Source of the DNA: Hormiphora californensis
Lineage: Eukaryota > Animalia > Ctenophora
Reading direction: 5' to 3'
NCBI GenBank assembly: GCA_020137815.1
Contig: CM035354.1
Location: forward strand, 5,456,001 to 5,520,000
Length of the DNA stretch: 64,000 bases
Both the position numbers and the translations under genes were made by a program. The notes below the pieces were generated by a model. The model was not told the origin of the DNA and did not search any database. It saw only the letters and a list, made by a program, of their open reading frames with translations. The stretch's first letter is position 1; each line of letters opens with the position of its first letter. This document shows positions 14,124 through 30,636 of the stretch, piece by piece.

Positions 14124-16283
14124 TTTTTTCTATCTCTCTCTCTCTCTTTTTCTATCTCTCTCAACCTGTCTACCCGTCATACCACGTCACCAAACACACA
14201 TAAAACAGCATACTAGAAATATTGGGTGATATGCAGTACTGCAGCGTGTAAAGAGTCTTCCAGACCTTCAAAAAAATGTTGACAAGACTAGAAACTTCTC
14301 TCTCTCTCTCTCAACCTATTATAATACAATATTATTTACCGCCCAATCAAGCTCTACCATCCCCCACTACTTACTTTATCCTCTCTACATAAGTGTTATC
14401 ATTATTAGAATGCCATTTCCTGTACATAACAGCAGCGTCCACGTTAGCAGGTGAGTTGATGTTGGGTGAATTTAACATACTTGCCACACTGATCAGAACA
14501 GACCTGGGGGAGATTATTAGGGGTCTAATTGGATCAGTGGAATAGAGGTCAAAGGATGTGATTCTAAATAATCTTGGATCCAGTCAACTAACAAACCTAA
14601 TCATTACAAGATAATACAAACCTGACTGTACGTGTGGGGTTCCATCGTTCACTAGGCAGTTCCCCACTAACTTCATCCACCGTGGGAGGGTGCAATATTG
14701 AGATACACACTGTACCATTCTGAGGGGGGGGGGTGGTTGTTAATTTGGAGGGGGAGAGGGTGTTTGTTTGTAGGGGTCAGGGGGGGGGGGGGGGGGTGAG
14801 AGGAGGAGGGTGCAATATTGAGATACACACTGTACCATTCTGAGGGGGGGGGGGGTGGTTGTTAATTTGGAGGGGGAGAGGGTGTTTGTTTGTAGGGGTC
14901 AGGGGGGGGGGGGTGAGAGGAGGAGGGTGCAATATTGAGATACACACTGTACCATTCTGAGGGGGGGGGGGGTGGTTGTTAATTTGGAGGGGGAGAGGGT
15001 GTTTGTTTGTAGGGGTCAGGGGGGGGGGGGGGGTGTTTGTTTGGAGGGGTCAGGGGGGGGGGGGGGGGGGTGTTTGTTTGTAGGGTCAGGGGGGGGGGGG
15101 GGGGGGGTGTTTGTTTGTAGGGGTCAGGGGGGGTGTTTATTTGTTTGGGGGGGGGGGGGGGGGTGGGTGGGGGTGATTGTTAGAAGGGGTCAGGGGAGGG
15201 GTCAGGAGGGTGTTTGTTTGGAGGGGGAGGGTGCAATATTGAGATACACATTGTACCATTCTGAGGAGGGGGTGTTTGTTAGGAGGGAGGGGGTGTTTAT
15301 TTGTTTGGAGGGGTCAGGGGGGTGGTGTTTGTTTGGAGGGGGTGGTTGTTCGTTAAATATTTGGAGGGGCGGGGAATGTATCATGGGAAACAAATGCTGA
15401 TTTCTGAAGAGATAATAACATCTTATTATGTTGTAACTTGTACATACCGGATAGACGTTAGGGTGCCAGATATCAGAGATGAACTTGATACATGGTGGGG
15501 AGAAAGGGTAGTCCAGGGGGAATGAGAGGACAGCCTGAAATAGAGAGGAAATTAGATACAAATGTAGAACTTTGCAATTTCAAATCATTTCCCATCATAA
15601 TTGTTTCACCAAAAAGATTTTTCTGATCTGAGGGAATTTATCCCATAAATATAGAGTTCTTATTTTGGTATAAATTGACACGAGCTTGACAAGCTTGAGA
15701 ATAGCTTTGAAACAGATAAATTATTATACTGACTCGTGTCCAACAAATTTCAGAATATTGCAACATGAACCCCTCCCTCATTGCACCACTATAAATTTGA
15801 CAACCTCCCCCCCCCCCCCCTTCAAAGATGGTTTGAACTAATTTGGTTCTGATTCTGATATCTTCAAGAGACGATTGATAAAGAAATTACCCCTCGTAGA
15901 GGCATCGCGGTAGTAAGGCACATTTAGCGTGCCCGCAAGGTAGGGGTTATTTCGTTACCAAAAGACTAAAGAGACGAGAAGTTTGGTATAAATCGTTGGT
16001 AAACGGGGTCGGTATTATATGGTGGTTACCATGGTAACTAAAGCTCCTTAAATTAGTAACCTTAAACGTTTGGTGGTTACCATGGTAACTAAAACAAATT
16101 AGTAACCTTAAAATATGCACCCTGGAAGATGGTATCAGGAGGTCCAAATATTCCCACTTGCCAACTCAGTAGATTACTATCATCTTCAAGCCACAGGACA
16201 CACCCCTCCACCTTGTCTCTCTGGAGATCTTTGTACTCTTTCTGTAGCGACTTGAGTGTCGATACTGGCACTTCAGACGACAT
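13116..16283 (-). CDS. CDC34: Ubiquitin-conjugating enzyme E2 R (Cdc34), 5 exons: 16283-16107, 15534-15448, 14719-14622, 14503-14375, 13320-13116
   Basis: The spliced product has [39 protein letters not shown] (catalytic Cys), the Cdc34 acidic loop [39 protein letters not shown] and an acidic tail. Phases are consistent. Confidence 0.93.
14686..15264. repeat. G-rich tandem repeat (~118-bp unit) containing copies of the CDC34 exon 3 acceptor and first 11 codons
   Basis: GAGGGTGCAATATTGAGATACACACTGTACCATTCTGA occurs at ~14686 (real exon), 14806, 14923 and 15227 (1 mismatch). Confidence 0.9.
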
Positions 16284-17302
16284 CCATACGTGTCAATGCT
16301 ATTAGAGAAGAGGGGGGGGAGATTAGTTGAATTATTATACCTCCTAGGTGGGTGGGTTTGGGGTCAGAGGCTGAGGAGGAACGGCGGGGAATTGTGTATT
16401 AGGGCACGATAGAGAAGGTATGGAGACTGGAGAGAGAATGAGAGAGATAGAGAGAGAGAGAGAGAATGAATGGAAGAGAAGAGAAAACCATTCGGATCTC
16501 AAACCTGTGACAGATTCGCTACTCAAGGAGGTATTGTGATCTCTCAGTGTACACATCTACCCTATAGCAATTAGTGCTGGCTTGTTGCCAACAGTGTATC
16601 ATGGCATGAGAGGCTCGCTTTGTCTTCTGTGGGTTAGATCATCAACGAAATGGCGGGAGAGAAAGAAAGTTCTGCTAGGGAATTATAGTGGGCGGGGAAG
16701 AGAAAGAAAGGTTAGATCACAGTGGTACGCTAAGTAAAACGATTGATTGGCAAGTTTCCCAAAATTAAGTTAATGGTTACTCACAACAAACTCACGAACC
16801 AGGATGCCTGCTCAAAGGGCAAGGGTGTTGCCTACACAAAAAATATACAGGGAGGTGTTAATGAGTTTATCATATCCTGGGTAACAGATTTTCCTTAAAA
16901 AACCATCATTTTCACTCTCTCTTTCTCTTCGTTTTTAAAAGACATCTGGGGTAATAACGATTTTTCTCAAAGGGTGTAAAATTAACCAGGTTTATCATCT
17001 TCTCGTTCAATAATTAGTGTCACCAGTATCTTAAACTGCAAAATATATATGGGAGAAGTTCCTAAAAAATGTTAATACTTCTTCAGAACCTAAATAGTCA
17101 GGCGTTTATATGGCTTATCATCGTGTAAAACAAAAAAAGGAGTGAGGAATATAGAGTCTTCGAGAAAATTGAGTTTTCGTGTTAAAAGGCCACTCAGTGG
17201 TTTGTCAACATGGGTTTCACCTCACAATTTATCTTGCTAATCACACTAGGAGGGGTGAACAACAATTCTCTCAGTTCTCTCTCTATCTCTTCCTCTGGGG
17301 CA

Positions 17303-17629
17303 TTATCCACGGAGCACCTGGGCATTTTCTGGAACCTGTGCCGGCTGTTGCTGTATACTCTCGCTGGTGTGTAACTTGTGAAACAGTTCCAGTGTTTCCG
17401 GGAAGTTTGGCGGCGTAGCGGGGGTATTACGGGGGGCTCGGAATGGCTGAAAACTGTTCGTATTGGGAGGGGGAGGACAGCACTGGGTTTCACGTAAAAA
17501 CATGCTCAGGGCAGAGTCAAAGTTCCACTTTGATTCCGAGAGGACTTGGTGAGCTTGGTCCCTGGTTCCCCCGCAGACGTTGATGAACTGATTGATCATA
17601 ACCTCCTGTCGCAGCTTGTTGTCGTCCAT
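17303..17629 (-). CDS. UBALD1: UBA-like domain-containing protein (UBALD1/2, FAM100 family)
   Basis: LRQEVMINQFINVCG..RDQAHQVL...WNFDSALSMF followed by the family hallmark NTPATPPNFPE. The paralog number cannot be resolved. Confidence 0.88.
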   Translation of the reverse strand: MDDNKLRQEVMINQFINVCGGTRDQAHQVLSESKWNFDSALSMFLRETQCCPPPPNTNSFQPFRAPRNTPATPPNFPETLELFHKLHTSESIQQQPAQVPENAQVLRG

Positions 17630-19138
17630 AGTTTAGCACCTACAGTGAATAATTCATTAGATTATCGTTAACTCAAAGTGTGAGTATGGAAAATTTTAAA
17701 TGAGTTCAATTCAATTGAAAGTATCAGCAGTTTCATGAAGTCCATGGACCTATGTCTCACGGCAAAAAAAGGTTTTCAACCACCAAATAGCAGAAGACGA
17801 TCATTCAGATTTCAGAGATACGACGAATGGAATAGTCTGTAGAGTCGACGGAGGCAAGAGCCGGCACCATGAAAACGCCCAAACAACTGACAACTCTAGA
17901 TAGTAGATTTACTAATGTGATCCCAGTCTCAACAATTGCAAGCTTAGCGGCCATTGTTCTAGCCTGTAGGCTCCTGAGAAGTTGCGTGGACGTGTGCGAG
18001 AGGATCAGGGTGGAATCATTCCACCCTGGAATCCCCTCACCGCGGGGTCTAGAGGCTTGGTGGAGCCCCAGCGGCCAGAGGAGGGGCAGAAACCCCAGAA
18101 ACAGGGCTGAGACGACGACGGCCACCGAAAACACTTTTTAAAGCCTTTTGATCACGTCAGCGTCTGTTTGAAGTGTGTTTGACGGAAAAAAAGTGTGTTT
18201 TTGAGCGAGCGTGTTTTTTTTCGGGAAATCTGTTAATTTTGGGAAGAGTACGAATAAAGTTATAAGTTATATGCGTCGCAGTTAACGTAACGCGCGAATT
18301 GTGTACGTTTTCAAATGGTAAAAGCGCTGCCAAACATTTACTTTCTTAAGCCGCGCGCTAAAAATTTGGTCGTTGGTCCGAATTTTTGCCCAAATTTCCT
18401 TTTTAACAATAAAAAAGCTCTTGTTTTTTCTGTTTTTTCTCTTCTCTCCCAACGAAAAGTTTGTTCAGGACGTAATGGACACAGCATAGCTTCTTCACTG
18501 TATAAGGCTACCGATTTCCAAAATTTGGTGCTTGTTTGAGCTCAAGAACATGTTTAAAATGACTCTGGGACCTGGATCACTGGTTAGTGGTGTGAACTGT
18601 GAGGCTGCGAAAAGCCCTTAAAAGGGTTTAGTGTATAATATGTTGTATTAGGTATTACACCTAGAATCTTGCGGTCTGTGGAGTGGTACAATCTAAGATC
18701 GGAAAACGTTAAAATCTGGGTGCCTTCCATTGCTAACAATTCATCGATTTTGGCGGTCGAGACGGGTTAGGGCTGTTGTTAGGGTCGGGTTAGGGTTTTG
18801 TTTGGGGTTATCGGTTAGGCTATCGATTCTCTATCAGATACCGTTTAGTTTACTCAAATCGGCCATGTGGTTGCGTGGCTATAGCCGTTTGAAAAAAGTC
18901 GGTCTAGGAAATAAAAGTGTACTCTTTTTGGTAGCGCGCACCTGTAAACACGTTGCAAGGCACCCAGATTATAATCGCGCCCTCTAAGATCTTTCTGTAA
19001 GCCAGTTTGTTTAGATATTTGCAAAGTATCAGTTTTTGGGAAGTTGGAACTTTGATCCTGCTTAGTAAGTAACAGATGCTGTCTGCAGTCTACCGATAAA
19101 ATGTAGAAAAGGAACAACTCAAGAAACTGACCCAGTTG

Positions 19139-19274
19139 TATGGAGGCGAGACACTGTGTTGAGACGGGCACCATTGCGACGCGCATTTTGGCTTTGCGAC
19201 GCGCACATGCGCGTCGCAAAGCCAAAATGCGCGTCGCAATGGTGTGCGTCTCAACACAGTGTCTCGCCTCCATA
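19139..19274. mobile_element. 136-bp near-perfect palindrome (hairpin MITE)
   Basis: TATGGAGGCGAGACACTGTGTTGAGACG...CGTCTCAACACAGTGTCTCGCCTCCATA. The arms pair almost to the centre. Confidence 0.75.
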
Positions 19275-19786
19275 AACACCATCATCTATATTCTATCGAA
19301 TATCCCCCTCTTTGTTGGGGCCTCCATTTAAAAGCGATGTTTGTGTGTGTGTGTGTGTGGCTCTAGGTTATAGCGTACCAAACTCTGCCGCACGACAGAA
19401 CGGTGTTGCAACCTGTCATAAAGTCTGTGGTCTGTATGAAAGATAGTAGCTAAAATATCACGCTCAAAATTACACCAAAATCAAACAAAATTTCTCTGAT
19501 ATTCTAACTGTTTGTGGTCTGTATTCGGGCACTCTCACGCAAGCTTTATGTCCTGTCAGCTTCTGAGTCTGGAACAAGGTAACGTTTTGCCTTTGAGAGA
19601 GTCTTGAGCGATGTTTGTTTAACCGTGTGTATTTATTTTTCCAAATTCGATAAAGCGTCCCTTGAGCACTGTTTTCACTTGGTTGATTTGTTTGTATAGG
19701 ACCTCTATTTTGAAAGGAAGTGAAATATCTAGTTCGCCATCCTTCTTTCAGCTCTTCTGTTGGAATTTACATTGCTCGACATTTAA

Positions 19787-20456
19787 AGTAAGAGTGGCGT
19801 GCCGTGTTTTCTCTTAAAACTTAGTGGATGAACGGGGAGTACCACCAGGACCATTGGTACGGTATCGAAAATTTCCAACTCTGTCTCGTTCATTAGTTAT
19901 GACGTAATATGTTCATTATTTCAACTTTCATAAAATTGCTCTACAGAAAAATCTGTACATTGTGGATTGAAATGGATGCTTGCATCGTGTTCAGCGTCAA
20001 AAAATAGCCGCGGTACCAAATTTTGGTGTCTCTACCTTGTCTGTGACGCGAGATATCGACAATAATCAAAAACGACCAAAATGGGTGAGAGAGAGATTGT
20101 TAGTTTTGGGTGCTAGTTGTTTGTGTGCGCCACCCACTTGTAACAAACTCTCTTTCTCTCACTTTGGTCGTTTTTGATATTTGTCGATATCTCGCGTCAC
20201 AGACAAGGTAGAGACACCAAAATTTGGTACCCCGGCTATTTTTCGACGCTGAACACAATGCAAGCATCCATTTCAATCCACAATGCACAGATTTTTCTGA
20301 AGAGCAATTTTATAAAAGTTGAAATAATGAACATATTACGTCATAACTAATGAATGCAACAGAATTGGAAATTTTCGATACCTTACCAATGGTCCTGGTG
20401 GTACTCCCCGTTCATCCAGTAAGTTTTGTGAGAAAACACGGCGCGCCACTCTTACT
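19787..20456. mobile_element. Non-autonomous foldback DNA transposon, Kolobok-like
   Basis: Inverted arms of ~320 bp, AG...CT (RR/YY) termini, TTAA on both sides (19783-19786, 20457-20460). Confidence 0.75.
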
Positions 20457-20488
20457 TTAACACTTATACAATCCTAGGTTTAGCTATT

Positions 20489-24859
<4,371 letters not shown>

Positions 24860-25419
24860 GATGGTGGAGCGGTGTTAGGGTTGGAGTTAAAATACCCGGG
24901 ACTTTTTTGAGGAATTTTTATTAAGCGATATCTGAATATTATGAGTTTGTAAAGTTTTTGTCACACACACACCACGCATTTGAGAGTTTGTAAACTGTAT
25001 ATGCTGCTGAAAAGGTTTATTTTTTTCAAAATCCAGGTTCAATCTCTGATTCTGTGGGACGTGTCCGTCACACTTTTTCCACTCTTCCTTGCGCATCATG
25101 GGCGTTGTTGGAGGGCGCGGGGATGGGGTTTTGGGGAGATGAGCGCAGATGTGACGCGCGCACGCTTGTAACACTTCGAAACTGATCTTGGATTCATTTT
25201 CAATGAATGGGAGAAAACATCACATGTTTGTTGAATTGCAAATAACTACATTAAAGCAATAAATAGAATTATAAAACAACTACACACTCTCCTAGCACAT
25301 ATGTCGTGAAGAGGAAAGACTAGAGGATCCCTTCGTCATTCACGGTAAAATATAGTATGTCAACCATTTTAGGAAAACTCTCCAGTATATGAACGACTTC
25401 TAAAACCAAAAGCACTTAC

Positions 25420-26781
25420 GAGAATGGCACTCGTTGGGAGTGGATCGATTTCCCCGGTATTTTAGAGATATTAACTGCAATATCTACGATGGTGACGTTT
25501 TGAGAGAAACTTCAAGTGAGGCAGGGGACCCATTCTCCCTTCCTCGTCGTTCACTAGAACCTTAAATATTAAGAATATATATATAATTCGAGTGAGTAGG
25601 GGAAAGAAGGCTTTATGAGGGTATAACATAATCGTTTAAACCTTTAACATGTCATGTGGATTATACATGATTTAGTAAGAGAAGGAACGGTTTTCTAGGG
25701 TATAATCATTTAAACTGTCATGTGGGTGCATATGCGATTAGGGAAGCATAAAAATGGGATCAAACCTTGACAGTTGCAAAGCTTGTCCCGTATATAAAAG
25801 TAGCATTGCTCTCGCCACCCTCATGTTTCAGGGCCTCCCAGGATTCCGTAGATAGAGGCAGAGTTTCCTCCTCTCCATTGCCGCCTCGGAGGGTAATGGA
25901 GTCGATATTCAGACCGAGACTGCTAGCAGCAGATATGGATACTGCTGTCGGTTCATCTGGACAGGAGAGAGATGAGGGGTAGTTACTAGAGGAGAGAGAT
26001 AGGAAGGTTAGACATGAGAGAGGGGATAGAGACAGAAAAACAGCGAAAAAGATACAAGCCATTAAATTTGAAAGCCAAAAGTAGGTCAGAGAGAGAGAGG
26101 GGATCACTAATGGTTATAGCTCGTAGTTATAGGTATGTACATAGTTATAAACATGAGCATGCGGTCAACCATTTGGTTACAAAGTCACCCAGTTAAGGGT
26201 CTCTCGCGTGAATTTGTGAATCATTCAGCAGAATCTGAGAGCCCAGAAAATCAGAGAAAAGAGGATTATAACTTAAATTATAAAGTATATCCATTGACAA
26301 TTAACTACCTTCATCGAATAGAGTCCAGTTAACAGACAAGTCCCCCTCGGTCCCACCATAGAATATTCCAGATAGGGTACTGTCCTGAGTGCTCCAAAGG
26401 GAGGTAGCATTGCTGCTTGTCGAGGCAAGAAGCATATTAGCCTCGCCACAAATTGTCGGGTCAGTACACCCTGGATTGTATTTCCAAGTCACCTCACATG
26501 TAACCTGCAGTACGGGGATCATATTGGATAATGGGTATTGAATTGTTGTTTCGATTCGAATTCAACCCCCATCCCTAGTCCCTCTATTAACGAGATGCAT
26601 ACAGATCTCAACATTTATGCATTTATTAATGAAATTGAGATTCGAGAAAAACTCCACAAAAGCTGTTCAATTTGTAAATTTACTTTTTGTGACAATCACC
26701 CCCGCCCTGCGATAACTTTCAAATGCCACGTACCTGGTGGAGGCTCGTCCCCAGAAGAAGTAGAATAGAGGCAAGCAACAT
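25420..26781 (-). pseudogene. GLMP: Partial copy (exons 1-4) of glycosylated lysosomal membrane protein GLMP/NCU-G1
   Basis: Signal peptide MLLASILLLLGTSLHQ|VTC, then EVTWKYNPGC...LSVNWTLF...GRMGPLPHL. The copy stops at 25351, just before the next acceptor. Confidence 0.6.
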
Positions 26782-27151
26782 TTTACACGCACACAACAGG
26801 GTATTACTGAAATGGTGTATCGGGTTACTATCATGTGCATGCACAACTGTAATCTGAGACATACGTCATACATACCACGTGTCCAATATGGAACCAGCTC
26901 AGAAATTATTATTGTGATTGTGATTGGACGATGAATTACTACAGCTGAATAGTTTGGTTTAGGATTATATATTAGTTGACCCAGGATTATACCTAATACC
27001 CCTGCAGCAGTAGAGGGTGGGGTGTTTTCCCCCGACACCTCAATTCTGTCTGAAAAGTTGAAAAGTATGCGAAACATTTGCCACAACGACACACGTCTCA
27101 CAGCTACTCAACTTGACTTTTTGAGAGGGAGTGATCCCCGATATCTCTCCA

Positions 27152-27183
27152 CCAATCAGAACGCTCGATACAGGTCACGTGAC
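27152..27183. promoter_or_regulatory. CCAAT box plus perfect GTCACGTGAC (CLEAR/E-box) about 400 bp upstream of the GLMP ATG; mirrored at 50648-50679
   Basis: Sequence CCAATCAGAACGCTCGATACAGGTCACGTGAC. GTCACGTGAC is the MiT/TFE CLEAR consensus. Confidence 0.5.
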
Positions 27184-27597
27184 TACTATACTAGGAGACT
27201 TTAACTCCACCCAGTTTGACAAATCGTTCTGTGATATCTTTTTCTTAGTTCAATCTCAGTTGTTTTTTATGCCAAATTTGAAATTTGGTTTTCAAAAGTC
27301 ACTTTGCAGCAACCAGTAATATAATAAACCTGTCATAGCTTCGATGGGGGCATAGTTTTTCAGCAATGAATATATATATATATATATTGGACAATCATTT
27401 CATCTATTTGTCTGTCTAGCATGATAGACAGCTACTAGTCTTATTTGTCTCACTCTCCCAGCTCTAAGTATAAGATACAATATCTCCCAGCTCCATTAGA
27501 TATAATGGGGGTTGCCTAGATAATACCAGATATGGAAACTATTCCACTACGAAATCTCCAGCCCCTCTATGTATAATATACAATATCTCTATTAGAT

Positions 27598-29319
27598 ATG
27601 GGTGTCGCCCAGATAATACCAGATATGGAAACTATTCCACTACGAAACCTCCAGCCGGATGGAGTAGTAACAGTTCAACCTGATGGTGGAGGAACTGAGG
27701 AAGACCCAACCGAGAAGTTTTATTGGTGTAAGTGGTATACAGGAACCGACCGAATCAGGAAATACTGGTCCCTGATTGGCTGATAACCAGTCACGTGACC
27801 TAAATAACGAGTTCTGATTGGTTATTTACTTGTGTCGGTCGGTTCCTGGTGGGATAGGTGCTGATTGTGTTGTCGAGGAGGGGTATTTAGAGAATATTTT
27901 CATTTTTGATGATTTTGTCGAAACTAACAAAAGTTCGACTATTCGTAAATTACCTATGAGAGAAAAGAGAATATACTATAGAATGTATGCCCTAGATCAC
28001 AGCTTGTAGGACGAATATTATATTCTATTCCCTGACTGACAAAATAGTATTTCACAACCCCCCCTCTCTCTCTCTTGTTGAGTAACTCAACCGGGTTGAG
28101 TCAACCCCCTCTGACCTCTCTCTCTCCACGCAGGGTTTTGGATAATTGCTATCCTGCTGTTCACCACAGTTATCTACTGGGCGTACTCGGTCGTAAGGTG
28201 CGTGGTCTCCAAGGACAAGATCCGAGAACAGGTCATGTGTGGTCTACAGGATGGTGGGTATGGGACCCTCTCCAGACCGGACTCTTTCAGCGATGATGAT
28301 TGCAGTGGAAACCTTGTGGTGAGTTTGGGAGAGAAAGAGAGGGAGGGATGATTACCTAATGCAATCCTACTTATATTAGTGGGGTGAGAATTCCATAGCT
28401 ATGCATATATGGCTGGGAGAAGGAAGGATATCCATTTGCAAATTGGTGGGACTGTGAAAGAGAGGAAAGGGTTACGTAGTTTTGGGAGATGGAAGGGTTA
28501 CGTAGTTTTGGGAGAGGAAAGGGTTACGTAGTCGTGGGGGATGGATAATTCGAGGGGGAAAGGGAAGTGGGCCCAGGGTAATAAAAAGGGTAGTCGATCC
28601 TTGTCACCAAAATATCAAATATGCCGAAAAATATATTCCCAAATATCCCCCAGTCTGGCATTATGAGTTGTTGACGGTATATAATATTATTTGTTATGAT
28701 CTCTTTCCGCTCACGTTTTCAATTCTGGTTATGCAACTAACAATTCCGCATGCGATCTATTGGCCACATCGGAGTTTCGCCAGGCTTTGTTTTTCCACAA
28801 TATCACATAGTTTTTCCATATATTACAATTACATCACTGATTCCTCTGGGGGAGGAGGGTTGGGCCAGAGCTAATCTGAAAAACTATAGGAATTCCTTGC
28901 CGATTAGACAGATGCCATGTGGCGGCGTGGCGCCTCCAAAAACCTAGATTTATCTAACATGCCTCTGTTTTCAGGACGGACCCCGTATTGTGATCTACGA
29001 CAGGAACAACCAACATGGTTACCAATACTCAGCTGCAGACCAGCAACAGGGCTACCAATTCACTACCAGTACTACTGCAGGTGCTGGGGACCCCCGACAC
29101 CACACATCCTACCCAATGGAAAACAACCCATTTTGGGAGGGTAATGATACCATATATGGGCATAATGGTGACACCTCAAATAGGGCCCGTCCCCAGCAAC
29201 AGCAGACACCTAGAGCAGCAAAATGGGACCACCGACAACCCGTGTTGATATGTGACGATAATGGTAACCATGGTTACTCGTACACGGGGGAATTCATCTT
29301 ACCATGGAATAGACAGTGA
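27598..29319 (+). CDS. Uncharacterised single-pass membrane protein, 3 exons (27598-27727, ~28133-28317, 28975-29319)
   Basis: GT-AG splicing gives an open frame with TM segment FYWWFWIIAILLFTTVIYWAYSVV and a polar, Tyr/Gln-rich tail. Confidence 0.6.
27740..27848. mobile_element. 109-bp MITE in intron 1
   Basis: TIRs CAGGAACCGACCGA / TCGGTCGGTTCCTG. The internal sequence has two ATTGG (CCAAT) motifs and GTCACGTGAC. Confidence 0.75.
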
Positions 29320-29414
29320 ATGTACAATTGTTTTATTGATAACTCTAAGATAAACTCATAATTGGGTCTATCAGACCTACCTATATTTTGTATGCTTGTT
29401 TCCGTGATGAGAAG

Positions 29415-29514
29415 NNNNNNNNNNNNNNNNNNNNNNNNNNNNNNNNNNNNNNNNNNNNNNNNNNNNNNNNNNNNNNNNNNNNNNNNNNNNNNNNNNNNNN
29501 NNNNNNNNNNNNNN
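29415..29514. other. Assembly gap (100 N)
   Basis: Run of N, followed by degenerate CT-rich, low-quality sequence to ~30120. Confidence 0.99.
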
Positions 29515-29971
29515 GTGAAAAGGCCAATCTGGCTCTCATCGTTCGCTCTCTTCGCTCTCGTCTCTCTCACTTCTCTCTCTCTCTTCTTCTCTCTCTCTAC
29601 TCTGCTGATCTCTTGTTCCATTGTCTCTCTCTTACTCTGTCCTCTGTTCGTCTGTTGTCTGTCTGTCGCGTCTGGTCGTCTGTATGTCTGTATGCTGTCT
29701 TGTCCCTTTGTCCGTGGGTTGTCGTGCTGTTGTCTTGTCTTGCTCTGTCTAGTCTCTCTCTTTCCTCTCCAGGAGATATGGGGTAGGATTGGGGTGTTCG
29801 TGGTTGTGTGGTCTATCTCTATCTATCTCTCTTCTCGCTCTCTCTCTCTTTTCGTAGCTCTCTCGCTCTCTTTTTTTCTATGGTATCTCTCTATCTCTTA
29901 TCATCTCTAGCTACTCTGCTCCTATATCATCTCTTGTCTGTCTCTGTTCTGTTCTTCTTCTCTGCTTCTCA

Positions 29972-30025
<54 letters not shown>

Positions 30026-30346
30026 ACGTATCTATCTCTCTGTCTCTCTCTCTTTCTGCCTCTCTATTTCTGCCTCTCTGTCTCTCCCTGTTCCTGTCTC
30101 TCTTTTGTATTTTTTCGATCCTCTGAAACACTGTTTCCCGGGGCATGCAAAGGTGACTGTGTCTTAATGGGCCACCTTTCAAGCCAACTAATTTTATTAG
30201 TTTTTGGCCTAATTTTTACGGTTTTTGGTATATAAAGAATAGCACAAGTTTCTGATGCTCTAATTTAGAAAATTATAATTTTTTTGCTGAATGATAGATA
30301 AAATTTGATATCAAACATGATCTCTTAGGTGTGGTAGGGTAATGTG

Positions 30347-30558
30347 AGATAACGTGGTTGTTACATGAGTCGACGCATTATTACAAGTAATGTGAGACAT
30401 TAGTAGATACATGAGATGATTGAGACAAGGGTGAATTGAGACACTTTTAAGATACAACGTGGTTGTTACATGAGCCGACGCATTATTGCAAGCAATGTGA
30501 GACATTAGTAGATACATGAGATGATTTAGACAAGGGTGAATTGAGACACTTTGAAGAT
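30347..30558. repeat. Two tandem copies of a ~106-bp unit
   Basis: AACGTGGTTGTTACATGAG...GGGTGAATTGAGACACTTT occurs twice. Confidence 0.85.
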
Positions 30559-30636
30559 ATTTAACCTAGCAGCTAACAATAGTCAATTATTCCCTTACTA
30601 TTCTTTGCACTACTAGTACTCTTCACTACAAACATT

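Larger units (their letters stand above)
25351..27372. repeat. Left arm of a ~2 kb inverted duplication (partner 50458-52467)
   Basis: Near-identical reverse-complement sequence. Identical ORFs are called on opposite strands (e.g. 25760..26107 - and 51707..52054 +). Confidence 0.95.

Noticed and set aside
17805-18141. Overlapping ORFs upstream of UBALD
   Set aside because: No recognisable domain; probably 5' UTR, outron or promoter sequence.
18764-18820. GGTTAGG/TTAGGG-like motifs as a telomeric array
   Set aside because: Only a few scattered, imperfect copies; more likely part of a dispersed repeat.
29515-30120. Hydrophobic Leu/Ser ORFs next to the gap
   Set aside because: Degenerate (CT)n-like contig-end sequence.
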